Shown: positions 1-40,329, counted from the stretch's first letter. The stretch is 64,000 nt of DNA from Octopus vulgaris (GCA_951406725.2 OX597818.1:118916001-118980000), one strand, 5' to 3'. Translations and numbers: made by a program. Notes: generated by a model from the letters alone, not told the origin.

Positions 1-336
<336 letters not shown>

Positions 337-1534
337 GATTGATTGATTGATTGATTGATTCTAGTTTCAGCTTATGAGCTGTGGCCATTCTGGGGCACCG
401 CCATTTGGTGTTGCTACTTGGTTTCACTTCATGGAGTCTTTCTAGCAACTGCTATTTGGTGCATGAGAGAGTTCGATGCAGCTGCCCTCATCTGCCCCTC
501 CTGCCGTGAAGTTGGTTCATCTGGGACACCTGACAGGAAGAGATCCAGCTTCATTTTAAAGACATTTGTATCCACCCCATGCAGGTCTCTCAGGTTCTTC
601 GGGAGGATATTGAAGAGCTGTGGGCCTCGGAAACCCAGGCTATCACAGAATCTTGTCCTACATCTTGATGGCAGGTTTGGAGTCCTAGGCACCACGCAGT
701 GGCGCCCAGTTCTGGCATTTGCGTAACTCTCGATGCCAAAGTTCAGGACACTTCCCTCCAGGATCTTCCAGATGTATATTATGGCATATCTTTCCCGCCT
801 ACGCTCCAGGGAATATAATTTTAATCTCTTGAGTCTTTCCCAGTAGCTTACATTCTGCATAGAGGCTATCTTCTTTGTGTAGCTTCGTTGGATCGCCTCA
901 AGTTCTGTGATCAACTTGACACTGGATGGTGACCATAGCTGAGAGCAATAGTCAAAGTGGCTTAGGACAAGTGTCTTCCAGAGGACCATCATGGTTTCTT
1001 GTTCTCTTGTTCTAAAGGTTCTAAGAATCCAGCCAGCCAGCCGTCTACATTTCATTGTCAGTTTAGCAACATGTACATGAAAGGTCGCGTCATCACTCAT
1101 GTGAATACCCAGGTCACGCACTGATTGTGCCTCTGGGATTGCAATCCCTCCGGGTCCAGTGTATTCATTGGGTATTGCATTCTGTTTTGCATGCTGATAG
1201 TATAAAGCTTGAAACTTTCCAGCATTGAACTGCATGCTATTCTTTTCAGCCCACTTGTATATTTCGTCCAGCTCACATTGCAGGTGTTTAGTGTCCTCAG
1301 GGTTCTGTATTGCCTGTGAGACTTTTGTATCATCTGCATAACTTGTGATCGTGGCTCTCTGCGTGGCTGAGGGCATGTCTGAGAGGGCCATTATGAACAG
1401 TAGTGGTCCCAGAACAGTGCCCTGCGGAACACCGCTCACAATTTGTGTGTTAATGGAGGTGGCCCCATTGGCTACTGCCACCTGACTTCTAATCCTTCAG
1501 AAAGTCATGAAGCCATTCTCCCATTTTCCAACTA
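337..1534 (-). mobile_element. LINE family A (CR1/L2 group), 5'-truncated, (ATCA)n tail
   Basis: ORF 429..1481 has [15 protein letters not shown] and [11 protein letters not shown], ending [10 protein letters not shown]. The 3' UTR ends in (GATT)n on + abutting TA. Confidence 0.95.
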
Positions 1535-14894
<13,360 letters not shown>

Positions 14895-15276
14895 TCTCTT
14901 TATATAAACGGCAGTTTGTCTGTGCGTGTTTCTGTGTGTCTGTTTGCTTGTACCCTCACCCTGACCACTGCTTTCAACCGATTCTGATGAAACTTGACAC
15001 ACACATAGCCCAATGTCATAATTCAAAACTAACGCAGCGAAAATTTTGAAAAGTTCACCCAGTTCTGAAAAAAATCGATAAATTCGACATGGTGTCGAGA
15101 ATCAGAAACACAAACCGCAAACTGTCTAGGGGACGCAACTCCACCTTTTTTTACTCTCAAAAAAAATTTACCATCATTTTTTTCCATTTTTTTGCTATTT
15201 TGTGGCTATAACTCTCTAAAAATGCTTTATAGTTATTTCCCTTACAAACCTGAGCAACGCCGGGCGATACTGCTAG
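14895..15276 (+). mobile_element. Non-autonomous Helitron
   Basis: A|TC 5' end, subterminal GC hairpin CCTGAGCAACGCCGGG, 3' CTAG|T, no TSD. Confidence 0.8.
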
Positions 15277-15289
15277 TATATATATAAAT

Positions 15290-15346
<57 letters not shown>

Positions 15347-15351
15347 TATAT

Positions 15352-20385
<5,034 letters not shown>

Positions 20386-22433
20386 CTGTGATACTTTGAT
20401 ACTTTGATAGGTTTCGGCCATTATTGGCCCAGGCCATGTCTAACTTAATAGCACCACCTGGTGAAGTCTTTCAAGTCAGAATTTGGGCACTATGGCCCAC
20501 TCAAGTAGAGAGTTATTGTTTACAGAGACATATCCGGGTGTAGGGGGTTTATCCGGGATTTCTTGAAGGAATCTGTCCAAAGACTTCTTGAACCCTATAG
20601 GGTCAGTTTCTGTTTTAATGTGTTTTGGTGTAATGTTAAAGAGAGCGGGGCCAATTGAGGTGAAATAATTGTGCCGTATTGTTGTTATGAGATGAGAGTG
20701 CGATTTTTGTTTTGGGCGGATGGCACGGGGCCCAAGCCTTGGATGTACCTTAAAGGTGATGCCAAAATCATTTGGGCAATGCTGATGGAATATTTTCCAC
20801 ATCATGCAGATGATGTAGCGCTCACGACGACGTTGGAGAGAATAGAGTTTTAGCTTTTCTAGTCGACCCCAATAGTCGAGGCCTGTCATGCCATCTATCT
20901 TTTTTGTGATTGCCCTTTGAGGTGCTTCGACTTTTTTGATACCTTGTATTGTGTGGGGAGACCACAGTGGACAACAGTATTCAAGGTGGGGTCGGGCAAA
21001 AGTGGAGAAGAGAAGGATAATGGTGTGGATATCTCTCGACTGGAAAGTTCTGAGAATCCAGGAACACATTCTGCGGGCCATGTCAACTTTGGTGTTTATA
21101 TGAGTGGCCCAGCTTACGTTGTTGTCCACAATTACTCCCAAGTCTCTGATGTTGTTGGACGCCGCGAGAGTTTCACCTGAAGGAAGGGAGTATGGGAGTT
21201 TCAGGGCATCCTCTTTTCCAAAGTGGATTAGCTCAAATTTATCCTCGTTCAGCAGCATATTGTTTTTTTCTGCCCATTGGATAACAGCCAGTAGATCTGA
21301 CTGAAGGCATGTCCGGTCACTCGCCTCATTTATGACCTTCTGTAGCTTGGAGTCATCTGCAAAGATGTTTATGTTGCTGTGCTTGATGATGTCATTAATG
21401 TCATTAATGTAAATGATGAAAAGAAGTGGGCCCAGCACAGTGCCTTGCGGAACGCCACTACTGACTTTGGCTGGGCTTGATTTTACCCCTTCAACTACAA
21501 CATGTTGAGATCTGTCTGTCAGGAAACACTTAATCCATTTCAGTAACTTTCCAGAGACACCAATGTTGGATAGTTTTTTCAATAGGATCTTGTGATCGAC
21601 CCTGTCGAAGGCCTTACTGAAATCAAGGTAGATGACATCGGTGTTGGAGCCCTCTCCCAAAGCTCTCAAAATGTCCTCAAAGTGATGCAGGAGCTGCGTT
21701 AGGCAGTCCCTTCCATTACGGAACCCATGTTGGTTGGAGATCAGCCGTCTGTTGCTTTCCAGAAATTGGGTTATTTGAGATCTCACCACCCTCTCAAATA
21801 CCTTGATGATATGAGAGGTGAGTGAGATCGGACGGTAATTCACTGCAAGGGACTTGTTTCCTTTTTGAAAACTGGGACAACAGACTGGGACAGAAGGTTT
21901 TTTGGAATATAGCCAGCATCCAGTGAGTTTCTCCACAGATTAGCAAGGGGAGATGCAAGTTGGTGTCGACACACCTTCAGGACACAAGCAGGGAACCTAT
22001 CGGGGCCTACTGCTGAATTGTGTTTTATTTCGTTTATCGCCGCTAAGACATCAGGGGCACTAAACGTTATGTCCGATATAGTGTGTTGGGGGTTGACATC
22101 ACTGATACAGCCCAGATCGGCCATATCAGGATTGCTGAAAACAGAGCAGTATTGTTTCTGCAGTATCTCGGCCATGGATTTGGCATTATCTTGGAGAGTG
22201 CCAGTTTCGTCAATTAGAGGGCCTACAGTGGAGACAGTGACCCTGCGTTTCCTCGCAAATGAAAAGAACACTTTGGGGTTGAGTTTGATTTTTTCAATGG
22301 CCCACTTCTCCTCAGCTGATCTTTGGTTATTGATGAGGGACTTCATGCATTGTTGGAGGTTATATTTTTTGGATTCAAGCAGTGCGATAGCCGTCGAATG
22401 TGTGTGTTGCTGTTGGCAGTACTTTAGTACTTT
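20386..22433 (-). mobile_element. LINE family C, 5'-truncated, one frameshift near 21865
   Basis: ORFs 21840..22346 (GPDRFPA) and 20476..21936 ([29 protein letters not shown], ...LEWAIVPKF); TATCAAAG tail. Confidence 0.95.
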
Positions 22434-22941
<508 letters not shown>

Positions 22942-23536
22942 TACTGCTCCCAACTGTGGTCACCGCATAGTGTCAAACTAACCACAGAGCTTGAGACAAT
23001 CCAAAGACATTTCACCAAGAGAATTTCCACCATGAAAGAAAAGAACTATTGGGAGAGGCTTAGGGAACTCAATTTGTACTCCTTGGAACGAAGACGAGAG
23101 AGATATGCAGTGATATACATATGGAAAATCCTGGAGGGACTAGCACCAAATTTTGGAATTGAGAGCTGTTCCAATCCCCGTACAGGACGTCACTGTGTGG
23201 TGCCAAAGGTCCCGTCTTCCACATCCAGGGTAAGGAGCAGATACTGTAATAGCCTGGGGTTCAGGGGCCCTCAGCTGTTCAACAAACTGCCAAGAAAACT
23301 AAGAGATCTACATGATGTGGATGTGGACATTTTCAAAAAACATCTAGACAAGCTGCTTTCCGGGATCCCAGATGAACCCACTGCAAGGTACGAAGGTAAC
23401 CTAAGGGCAGCAGCTACAAACTCTCTCTTAGATCAGTGGCCAGCCACGGCAAACTGGACTTAGAGAGGGTAGCAACAAGGGCGGTGCCCCAGCATGGCCT
23501 CAGTCGGATGGCTGAAACAAGTAAAAGAGTAAAAGA
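22942..23536 (+). mobile_element. LINE family B, ~600-bp 3' end
   Basis: Reads YCSQLWSPH...WPATANWT, stop at 23463; GTAAAAGA tail. Confidence 0.95.
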
Positions 23537-23537
23537 T

Positions 23538-23595
<58 letters not shown>

Positions 23596-23768
23596 AATAT
23601 ATAATTAATCACAGGGTAAAAGTTTTTCAATTTTCTCCTGGTTTACGGTATTAATGTTATTTTGCGGTTAAAGCTTTTGGCTGTTATTTCTAGTGGGTGA
23701 ATGGCCTATTATGGCCGTTCCTTGATTGTGATATATAAATATATAAATATATAAATATATATAAATAT

Positions 23769-23958
<190 letters not shown>

Positions 23959-23993
23959 GTATATATATATATGTATATATGTATATGTATATA

Positions 23994-24048
<55 letters not shown>

Positions 24049-24107
24049 ACATATATGTATATATATATATATGTATATATATGTATATATATATATGTAT
24101 ATATATG

Positions 24108-24224
<117 letters not shown>

Positions 24225-24268
24225 AATATATATATATATATATGTATATGTATATATATATATACATG

Positions 24269-24531
24269 ATGGTTTATAATCCTTCAGAAGAAAGTAAATT
24301 TTAATAAAATGTATTATCTTCATTAATGAAGCATATTCCCTTACAGCTGTTTCAATTAAGCCTAATATATGATATAACATTTATCATAATCCTCATATTA
24401 AGTAAAATTCTCTTCAGAGGCGTAGAAAAAAGACATATATACGTTTTTAAGTGTTGTATTTTACAATCATCACAGCAGATTAAAAGTTATATCTCCATTT
24501 TCTTGCTTCCTCCTGAAGGATTATAAACCAT
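24269..24531. mobile_element. Possible MITE bounded by 29-bp inverted repeats
   Basis: ATGGTTTATAATCCTTCAGAAGAAAGTAA (24269-24297) matches the reverse complement of 24503-24531 at 26/29. Confidence 0.5.
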
Positions 24532-24647
24532 AATTTCTATATAAACCTATTGTTATGTAAAGATTATTATTCACAGCAAATATTAAATATTAAACCAGTA
24601 ATTCTTTGGATTATACCATCCCTAATGAGGCTAATCTAACCTCTAAC

Positions 24648-24697
<50 letters not shown>

Positions 24698-24743
24698 TAT
24701 ACATACATATATATTATATATATATATACATATATATACATAC

Positions 24744-24783
<40 letters not shown>

Positions 24784-24919
24784 TATATACATACATATAT
24801 ATTATATATATATATACATATATATACATACATATATTATATATATATATATATATATAAACATATATATACATACATATATATTATATATATATATACA
24901 TATATATACATATATATAC

Positions 24920-24955
<36 letters not shown>

Positions 24956-25017
24956 AACATATATATACATACATATATATTATATATATATATACATATA
25001 TATACATATATATATAC

Positions 25018-25051
<34 letters not shown>

Positions 25052-25060
25052 GTGTATATG

Positions 25061-25100
<40 letters not shown>

Positions 25101-26046
25101 TATATGTATATGTTTATGAGAAGGAGGTAGTAGATTACATTTTTTAAAAATAAATTAATTCCTGAGCACAGCAAGCTTAATGAATGCTTATGGTGCATAA
25201 ATATTAAACAGAGAATAGAAAGTTAATAACAGATTTATAGAGGAATTAAGGGGAGAAGGTATATAAATAATGAATAAAAGATAGTAAAGCATTTGAAATA
25301 TTATAAATAAGGTTAGTCTAATGAATAATTATAATTTCTCAAGTAGTAAGTACAACATACAATATTTGAAGCTAATAAAACTTTGATTGCTTCGGAGAAT
25401 CACATTAATGTTTACTTATGTTAAGGGAACTGATGCAGCGAAGGGAAGCAAAATTATGTTGTAGAATAAACTTGATGATATCGATATTACGAAAATAGAT
25501 TCAATCTGAGTACAGCGAGATTTGTATATGAAATAACAGTGCGTTACCAGCTAAATGATTAAATTATTAAAGTTAAAAGAAAATATGATTAAGCGATTTC
25601 GAAGATTAATTGTAATTACAAAAATGGTTTTCAAATATATTAATTTATAAAAGTGGAAATATGATGTCTATAAATTCGGAACATGTAAAGTATAAACGTT
25701 TTCCTTCTACAAATACGATATATTGTATAGTGCAGCATGATCTATTTATATATATAATTAGTGAAGCTTGATTATACATTATAGATCACACATTATGAAT
25801 TATATTATTACACATTTATTTCTCTCATAATTTTCTCAATCATGTTCATCATAGTTTGTCTATTAAAAGATTTAATTGGATATCTGGTAAAGTAATGCAT
25901 TGCACTTCTTTATCGCATTTTTAAAAATAAATTTAGACATCAGCATTTATTAGTTGTTCCCCGCAAATTTATATTTTATCGATCCAAATAATTCGTTACA
26001 CAGAAACTTCACTACGATCCATAAATTTGCACCTGTTTATATATAA

Positions 26047-28118
<2,072 letters not shown>

Positions 28119-28189
28119 ACATATATGTATATGTATATATATATATATATGTGTATGTATATATATATATATACATATATATATATGTA

Positions 28190-28438
<249 letters not shown>

Positions 28439-28455
28439 GTGTGTATATATATATA

Positions 28456-31677
<3,222 letters not shown>

Positions 31678-31688
31678 ATATATATGTA

Positions 31689-31745
<57 letters not shown>

Positions 31746-31872
31746 ATATATATATATGTATATATATATATGTATGTATGTATATATATATATGTATATA
31801 TATATGTATGTATGTATGTATATATATATGTATGTATATATATATATATGTATGTATATACATATATATATG

Positions 31873-31945
<73 letters not shown>

Positions 31946-32017
31946 GTATATATATGTATATATATATATATACATACATATATACAAATATATACATATA
32001 TATACATACATATATAT

Positions 32018-32862
<845 letters not shown>

Positions 32863-32918
32863 TATATATGTATGTATATATATATATATTTGTATATATG
32901 TATGTATATATATATATG

Positions 32919-32972
<54 letters not shown>

Positions 32973-33139
32973 TACATATATATATATACATATATATATA
33001 CATATATATATATATACATATATATATACATATATATATACATATATATATACATATATATATGTATATACATACATATATATATACATACATATATATA
33101 TACAAATATATATATATACATACATACATATATATATAC

Positions 33140-33192
<53 letters not shown>

Positions 33193-33295
33193 CATACATA
33201 CATATATATATACATACATACATATATATATACATACATACATATATATATATACATATATATATATATACATACATACATATATATATACATGC

Positions 33296-33346
<51 letters not shown>

Positions 33347-33351
33347 CATAC

Positions 33352-33393
<42 letters not shown>

Positions 33394-33415
33394 ATACATA
33401 TATATATATACACAC

Positions 33416-33490
<75 letters not shown>

Positions 33491-33491
<1 letters not shown>

Positions 33492-35349
33492 TGATTGATT
33501 GATTGATTGATTCTAGTTTCAGCTTATGAGCTGTGGCCATGCTGGGGCACCGCCATTTTGTGTTGCTACTTGGTTTCACTTCATGGAGGCTTTCTAGCAG
33601 CTGCTATTTGGTGCATGAGAGAGTTCGATGCAGCTGCCCTCATCTGCCCCTCCTGCCGTGAAGTTGGTTCATCTGGGACACCTGACAGGAAGAGATCCAG
33701 CTTCATTTTAAAGACATCTGTATCCACCCCATGCAGGTCTCTCAGGTTCTTCGGGAGGATATTGAAGAGCTGTGGGCCTCGGAAGCCCAGGCTATCACAG
33801 TATCTTGTCCTACATCTTGATGGCAGGTTTGGAGTCCTAGGCACCACGCAGTGGCGCCCAGTTCTGGCATTTGCGTAACTCTCGATGCCAAAGTTCAGGA
33901 CACTTCCCTCCAGGATCTTCCAGATGTATATTATGGCATATCTTTCCCGCCTACGCTCCAGGGAATATAATTTTAATCTCTTGAGTCTTTCCCAGTAGCT
34001 TACATTCTGCATAGAGGCTATCTTCTTTGTGTAGCTTCGTTGGATCGCCTCAAGTTCTGTGATCAACTTGACACTGGATGGTGACCATAGCTGAGAGCAA
34101 TAGTCAAAGTGGCTTAGGACAAGTGTCTTCCAGAGGACCATCATGGTTTCTTGTTCTCTTGTTCTAAAGGTTCTAAGAATCCAGCCAGCCAGCCGTCTAC
34201 ATTTCATTGTCAGTTTAGCAACATGTACATGAAAGGTCGCGTCATCACTCATGTGAATACCCAGGTCACGCACTGATTGTGCCTCTGGGATTGCAATCCC
34301 TCCGGGTCCAGTGTATTCATTGGGTATTGCATTCAGTTTTGCATGCTGATAGTATAAAGCTTGAAACTTTCCAGCATTGAACTGCATGCTATTCTTTTCA
34401 GCCCACTTGTATATTTCGTCCAGCTCACATTGCAGGTGTTTAGTGTCCTCAGGGTTCTGTATTGCCTGTGAAACTTTTGTATCATCTGCATAACTTGTGA
34501 TCGTGGCTCTCTGCGTGGCTGAGGGCATGTCTGAGAGGGCCATTATGAACAGTAGTGGTCCCAGAACAGTGCCCTGCGGAACACCGCTCACTATTTGTGT
34601 GTTAATGGAGGTGGCCCCATTGGCTACTACCACCTGACTTCTATCCTTCAGAAAGTCATGAAGCCATTCTCCCAGTTTTCCAACTATGTTGAGATCACGC
34701 AGTTTGTGACATATCATTCCATGATCGACTTTATCAAAGGCCTTTGCAAAGTCGAGATATATCACTTCCACATTTGAGTGGTTGAGCAGCCGTTTCAGCA
34801 CCCAGTCATAGTGTTGTAGGAGCTGAGTTAAACAGCTTCTCCCTGGTCGGAAACCATGTTGGGTGTCGGGCAGCAAGTCATTCTCTTCAAGGAAGGTGGT
34901 CAGCTTCCTTCTGACTATTCGTTCCATGACCTTGCTGATGTGTGAGGTCAGAGAGATAGGTCTATAGTTCTTGGCTTCCGCTCTGCTACCTCCTTTATGA
35001 ATGGGGCATATTTTACCTTCCTTCAGTTTTCCTGGAAGTTTGCCAGCTGCAAGGAAGCTCTGAAAGAGGAACTGCAGTGGTCTTGCTAGGACTCTCTTAC
35101 ATGCTTTTAGGAGGATTGCCGGGAATCCATCGGGGCCAGTAGCTGAGTCTGTTTTCATTTCATCTATAGCCTTGGTTACATCGTCTTCCTTTATATCGAT
35201 GTAATCTATCGTCGCCGCCTCTGATTTTATATCTGCAGTGGTAAAAAAGTCAGTTGGATTGTTGATTTGGAGATGCCCAAGGGGTGGAGTGAAAACACTC
35301 TTGAATTGCTCATTCAGTATTTCACTTTGCTCATTCAGTATTTCACTTA
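33491..35349 (-). mobile_element. LINE family A, 5'-truncated, complete RT domain
   Basis: Frame of ORF 33581..36169 from [17 protein letters not shown] to AARKPP; (GATT)n tail on +. Confidence 0.96.
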
Positions 35350-35374
35350 TACATATATATATACATATATATAC

Positions 35375-35405
<31 letters not shown>

Positions 35406-35550
35406 CATATATATACATATATATATATACATATATATACATATACATATATATACATATATATATATATATACATATATATACATATATATATATACAT
35501 ATATATACATATACATATATATACATATATATATATATACATATATATAC

Positions 35551-35903
<353 letters not shown>

Positions 35904-35915
35904 CATATATATACA

Positions 35916-36008
<93 letters not shown>

Positions 36009-36097
36009 CATATATATATATACATACATATATATATATACATATTTGGTCTCCGTTTAGCATTCTGCCTTATTTTTATCATTATTTCCTTTCCTAC

Positions 36098-36141
<44 letters not shown>

Positions 36142-36714
36142 GTATATATATGTATATAAATGTACGCATGCATGTATGTATGTATGAAAGGGTGCGTGTG
36201 TGTGTGTTTGCGTTTATATATGGATGTGTGTACAGATGTTGATTTATATCGGACGAATAATAGAGTGCTCAATATATATTGTAGAGGATGTTACGTTTCA
36301 TTGAATGTGAAAGTGAAAATTTTACCAACGTCATGTCGTTCTGAGCCCCGTGAACCTCAGGCAAGAAATTTGAAGAACTCCTCGCTTAAAAATCGCAATA
36401 GATGAGAAACTCGAGTCGCGTGGAAAACTGAGATTTCTTAAGTGTTATTAACTCTATATTGTTGTCCTCATCAACTATCATACTTCTGGTTTTTACATTT
36501 TAATTAATGTGTTATGAAGTTTATGTTTAATTTCTCGATCAATATTTATTTCACTTTATCTCTCTGTTATAATCTACTTCCTAAGACTAAATGCAGTTTA
36601 CTATACTTATACTATATCCTTTGCATTTATCAATATTTTGCCAAAGGCTTGTTATATAAATACTTTGACATAGGTATGTCATTATATAGTTATTCAGTTT
36701 CTAAACATGTTTCA

Positions 36715-37122
36715 ACTCTTTTACTCTTTTTCTTGTTTCAGTCATTTGACTGCGGTCATGCTGGAGCACCGCCTTTAGTCGAGTAAATCGACCCCAGGAC
36801 TTATACTTTGTAAGCCTAGTGCTTATTCTGTCGGTGTCTTTTGCCGAACCGATAAGTTACGGTGACATAAACACACCAGCATTGGTTGTCAAGCCATGTT
36901 GTGGGGACAAACACAGACACACAAATACACACACATACATATATATATATATACATATATACGATGGGCTTCTTTCAGTTTCCGTCTACCAAATCCACTC
37001 ACAAGGCTTTGGTCGGCATCGAGGCTATAGTAGAAGACACTTGCCCAAAGTGCCACACAGTGAGACTGAACCCGGAAACCATGTGGTTGCAAGCTACTTA
37101 CCACACAGCTACTCCTACGCCT
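36715..37122 (-). mobile_element. tRNA-derived SINE family 1 with LINE-like 3' end
   Basis: Minus strand has a box B-like GGTTCAGTC near the head and ends GGCGGTGCTCCAGCATGACCGCAGTCAAATGACTGAAAC plus GAGTAAAAGAG. Homologous to the copies at 44272, 50165 and 51410. Confidence 0.85.
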
Positions 37123-38159
37123 ACTATTTATTTTTCATTCCTACAAGGAAGACAGTTTAGCACAAACCTCTGCGTTCTCTTAAAGTAATCTTCAAATACT
37201 CTCCATCAAACATTCCGTCTGAAGTTTCAGATCTGTACAGCATTATATACGTATATTAATAAATAATTGTGCTTTCTCGGTATATATGAGTTACTTCCTT
37301 AGATAATCATTTACTTTGAAAACGTGTTCAGCATGGCAATTTCGAATTTATTTTCGAAATTATAACTAAGAAACTCCAAGAGCTTTATAATCCAATACAT
37401 AAAGGGGATAAGTAGCATAGAATCCTCTAGAAGTTGCTGTATACCTTATAATCTCTAGATACGCGTATAAACTAATTGATACCATATTCCCAACTTTCAC
37501 TTGAAGCTATTTCATTGTACAGGATTATCTATTAATTGTCACATAAACAATTGCTTCATTTTTCTTAATTGCCTTTATTATAGCCATCCCTTCTTTTTCT
37601 TAATTACATTTATTTGGCAGACTGGTGTTGCCAAATAATTAATTAGTCATATAACACTTTTCTACTTATTATTAAATTAACCTTACCACTTGATATTATT
37701 CACTTTAGAACAATTTTTAATGGTGTTGAACGTATATAAATACCCACTTAAAATTATGTATTTAGTTTTTACCTATGTAGGCTGATTAAATATTAGATAT
37801 TTTTACAATTTATAAAGATGTATAGCCAAACAAACTCTTGTATTTTTCATCATAGCTTCTGTATTAAATGCTTTAATTGGATATTTGGTAAACTAATTGG
37901 AATTACATGTCATTACTGTCATAATCGCTAAATAATAGCTATCCAGATATAACCATCTAAATTTGTCATTATTTAATATTTTCCATTATGTATAATTATT
38001 TTAGCCACAATTACATTTTAAATTACCTTCAATTTCGTCGCACAAATAAGCTATAATATGTATGCATACATTCTCCAGTAAAATAGTATTCTAAATATGT
38101 ATTACTTAAGAATAAACACCTTTTCAGTTGGATAGTTTCCTTAACAGTATATAGTGGTC

Positions 38160-38483
38160 GGTGAGGGCTTGTGGCTTAGTGGTTAGGGCATTCGGCTCAT
38201 GGTCGTATCGTTGTGAGTTCGATTCCCGGCGACGCGTTTTGTCCTTGAGCAAGACACTTTATTTCACGTTGCTCCAATCAACTCAGCTGGCAAATATGAG
38301 CAGTACCTGTATTTCAAAGGGCCAGCCTTGTCACATTCTGTGTCATGCTGAATCTCCTTGCGAACTACATTAATGGTACACGTGTCTGGAACGGTCAGCC
38401 ACTTGCACGTTAATTACTCGAGCAAGCTGTTCCGTTGATTGTATCAGCTGGGATCCTCGTCGTCGTAACCGACGGAGTGCTCC
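38160..38483 (+). mobile_element. tRNA-derived SINE family 2
   Basis: Box A TGGCTTAGTGG, box B GAGTTCGATTCCC; body matches the reverse copy at ~52090-52335. Confidence 0.8.
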
Positions 38484-40250
38484 ATTGTGGTCAGCTCGGT
38501 CAAAGGCCTTGCCGACATCAAGGTATCATCAAAGTGGTGGAGGAACGGTGTTAGACAGTCTCTCCCACCACAAAAACCATGCTGGTTGCAATTTAGATGA
38601 TTTTGCTCTTGGAAGACTGTTATTCTTGATCTCAACACTCTCTCTCAAATATTTTGATATGTGATGTGAATGAGATTGGACGATAATTTACTGGGAACAA
38701 TTTATTCCCGTTTTTAAAGATAGGAACGACTGACTAGGAGAGAAAGTTTTGAGGGATAAAACCGGCATCCAGTGATTTCCTCCAGAGATTTGCAAGAGGA
38801 GCTGCAAGTTGCTGTCTGCATTTCATCCGCGCTCTGGCAGAGAACCTGTCAAGACTCACTGCTGAATCTGGTTGGTTTATGGGCGAGATGTGACAGGAAA
38901 AAAATGATCCATAAATTTGAAAAGTAATTCTGCTGCTGCTTTGTCTGAGCTTGAGGAGAAGGCTCTTTGTCTAACAATATTAGTGGACCAATCTACAGAG
39001 GGTAGTTTCAAGTCGACCATCATCAGAATATTTCCTGTGTTACATTGCAGGAGGAAAAATTTGATCTTCCCGAAACACTCATGGAAATAGTGTAAGGGTG
39101 CTTGTGAAGGTCTGTAGGGCCCAATGAGAGACTGGTTTTTACCCTTGTGTACAGAGACTGATTCGGAGTAGCCGTTGGAGAAAAGGTCCTTGGCATCTGC
39201 GCTGAGCGAATCAAGGAGGAAAACAGTAACTGGACCCTTTCTTCGGCTTTCCCGATCAGTGCGAATGGCAATGAAGAAGTCTCTGATTTTGAGTTCAACC
39301 TCTAAATGATGGACGTTTAGTTGGGTCTCACTTAGGAAAATGAAATGGATTGAATGTGAGTGCGCTGCAATCCATCCCTGAATGTAGGATATTTTCCATT
39401 TTTGAGCCTTGATGGCTGGGTTGATACATTGGGCATTAAGGAGGAATGTCTTTGGTAAACCAGCAGCTTCGTTACGTTTCTTCAGGATCCGCACATCATG
39501 TTTGTTGTTATTGCTGTTGCTACTCAGTGCCCAGCAGCAAGGATGCTTTTCGCTTTGTGTTTGTAGTAGAGGTTGGATTTCTTTTGCCAGATTCTCTGGA
39601 TATCTTTTGGCAGATTCAGCATGGCTAAAAATGAAGCTTGGTTTCCAGTGTCACTGCAGTTGCTGTTGCACACAATTAATGTTATTATTACCTTTGCTTT
39701 TTCTGTTTGGTTTTCTGTTCCCCGGTTTACGTGAGAGAAAGGAACCATTTTTGCCATAGTAGGCGATACAGTTATTGTAGAAGTTGGACTTTGTCGAGTT
39801 GGGATAAGGAGCAGGTCTGGCTTGGTTCAATCTGTTGTGGGGAACACTCACAATATTACCAGTTTTCCCAGCGTCACTATATTTAATAATAGATCATCTA
39901 GTTCCCGGTAGGTGGGTAAAAAGGCAGCTTTGTTACAAACATATTCGCCCATGAAGAGAACAGCGGCAGATATTGGGATTCTGTTTTATTTGTGTGAGAG
40001 CAGTGTGATGCGGTTGGCTGTTCATGCATATTCCATAGTTGATGCGTCTAGTTCCTGGGAGGTGAGTGAAAAGACAGTATTGTCGCAAATATATCCTCTC
40101 ACGTAGGGAATAACGCTAGATATTTGGATTCCGTTTTGTTTGTGAGGGTGAGGTATGTGGCAATTGTTTGTTTACAGAAGATTTAGGGGTGAAGGATTCT
40201 GGGAATGGTGTCGCAAGGGTTGTTCCTAGGGAATTTGATTGGACTGAGAT
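38484..40250 (-). pseudogene. Decayed LINE related to family C: ORF1 remnant, APE endonuclease and RT N-terminus with internal deletion
   Basis: ORF 38877..39494 has LLNAQ, LSETQL, RTDR, YRP. 38500-38860 has LANLWRKSLDAG, NYRPISFTSH and NQHGFCGGRDCLT, with stops and frameshifts. Confidence 0.8.
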
Positions 40251-40265
40251 GCTAGTCATATACAT

Positions 40266-40328
<63 letters not shown>

Positions 40329-40329
40329 T

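Noticed and set aside
355-726. Recurrent antisense ORFs within LINE copies ([10 protein letters not shown]... and similar)
   Set aside because: They recur only because the copies are near-identical, are broken in some copies and have no recognisable motifs.
38160-38240. tRNA genes at ~38160, ~51410 and ~53466
   Set aside because: Box A/B-like motifs are present but continue into SINE bodies, and I could not fold a full cloverleaf.
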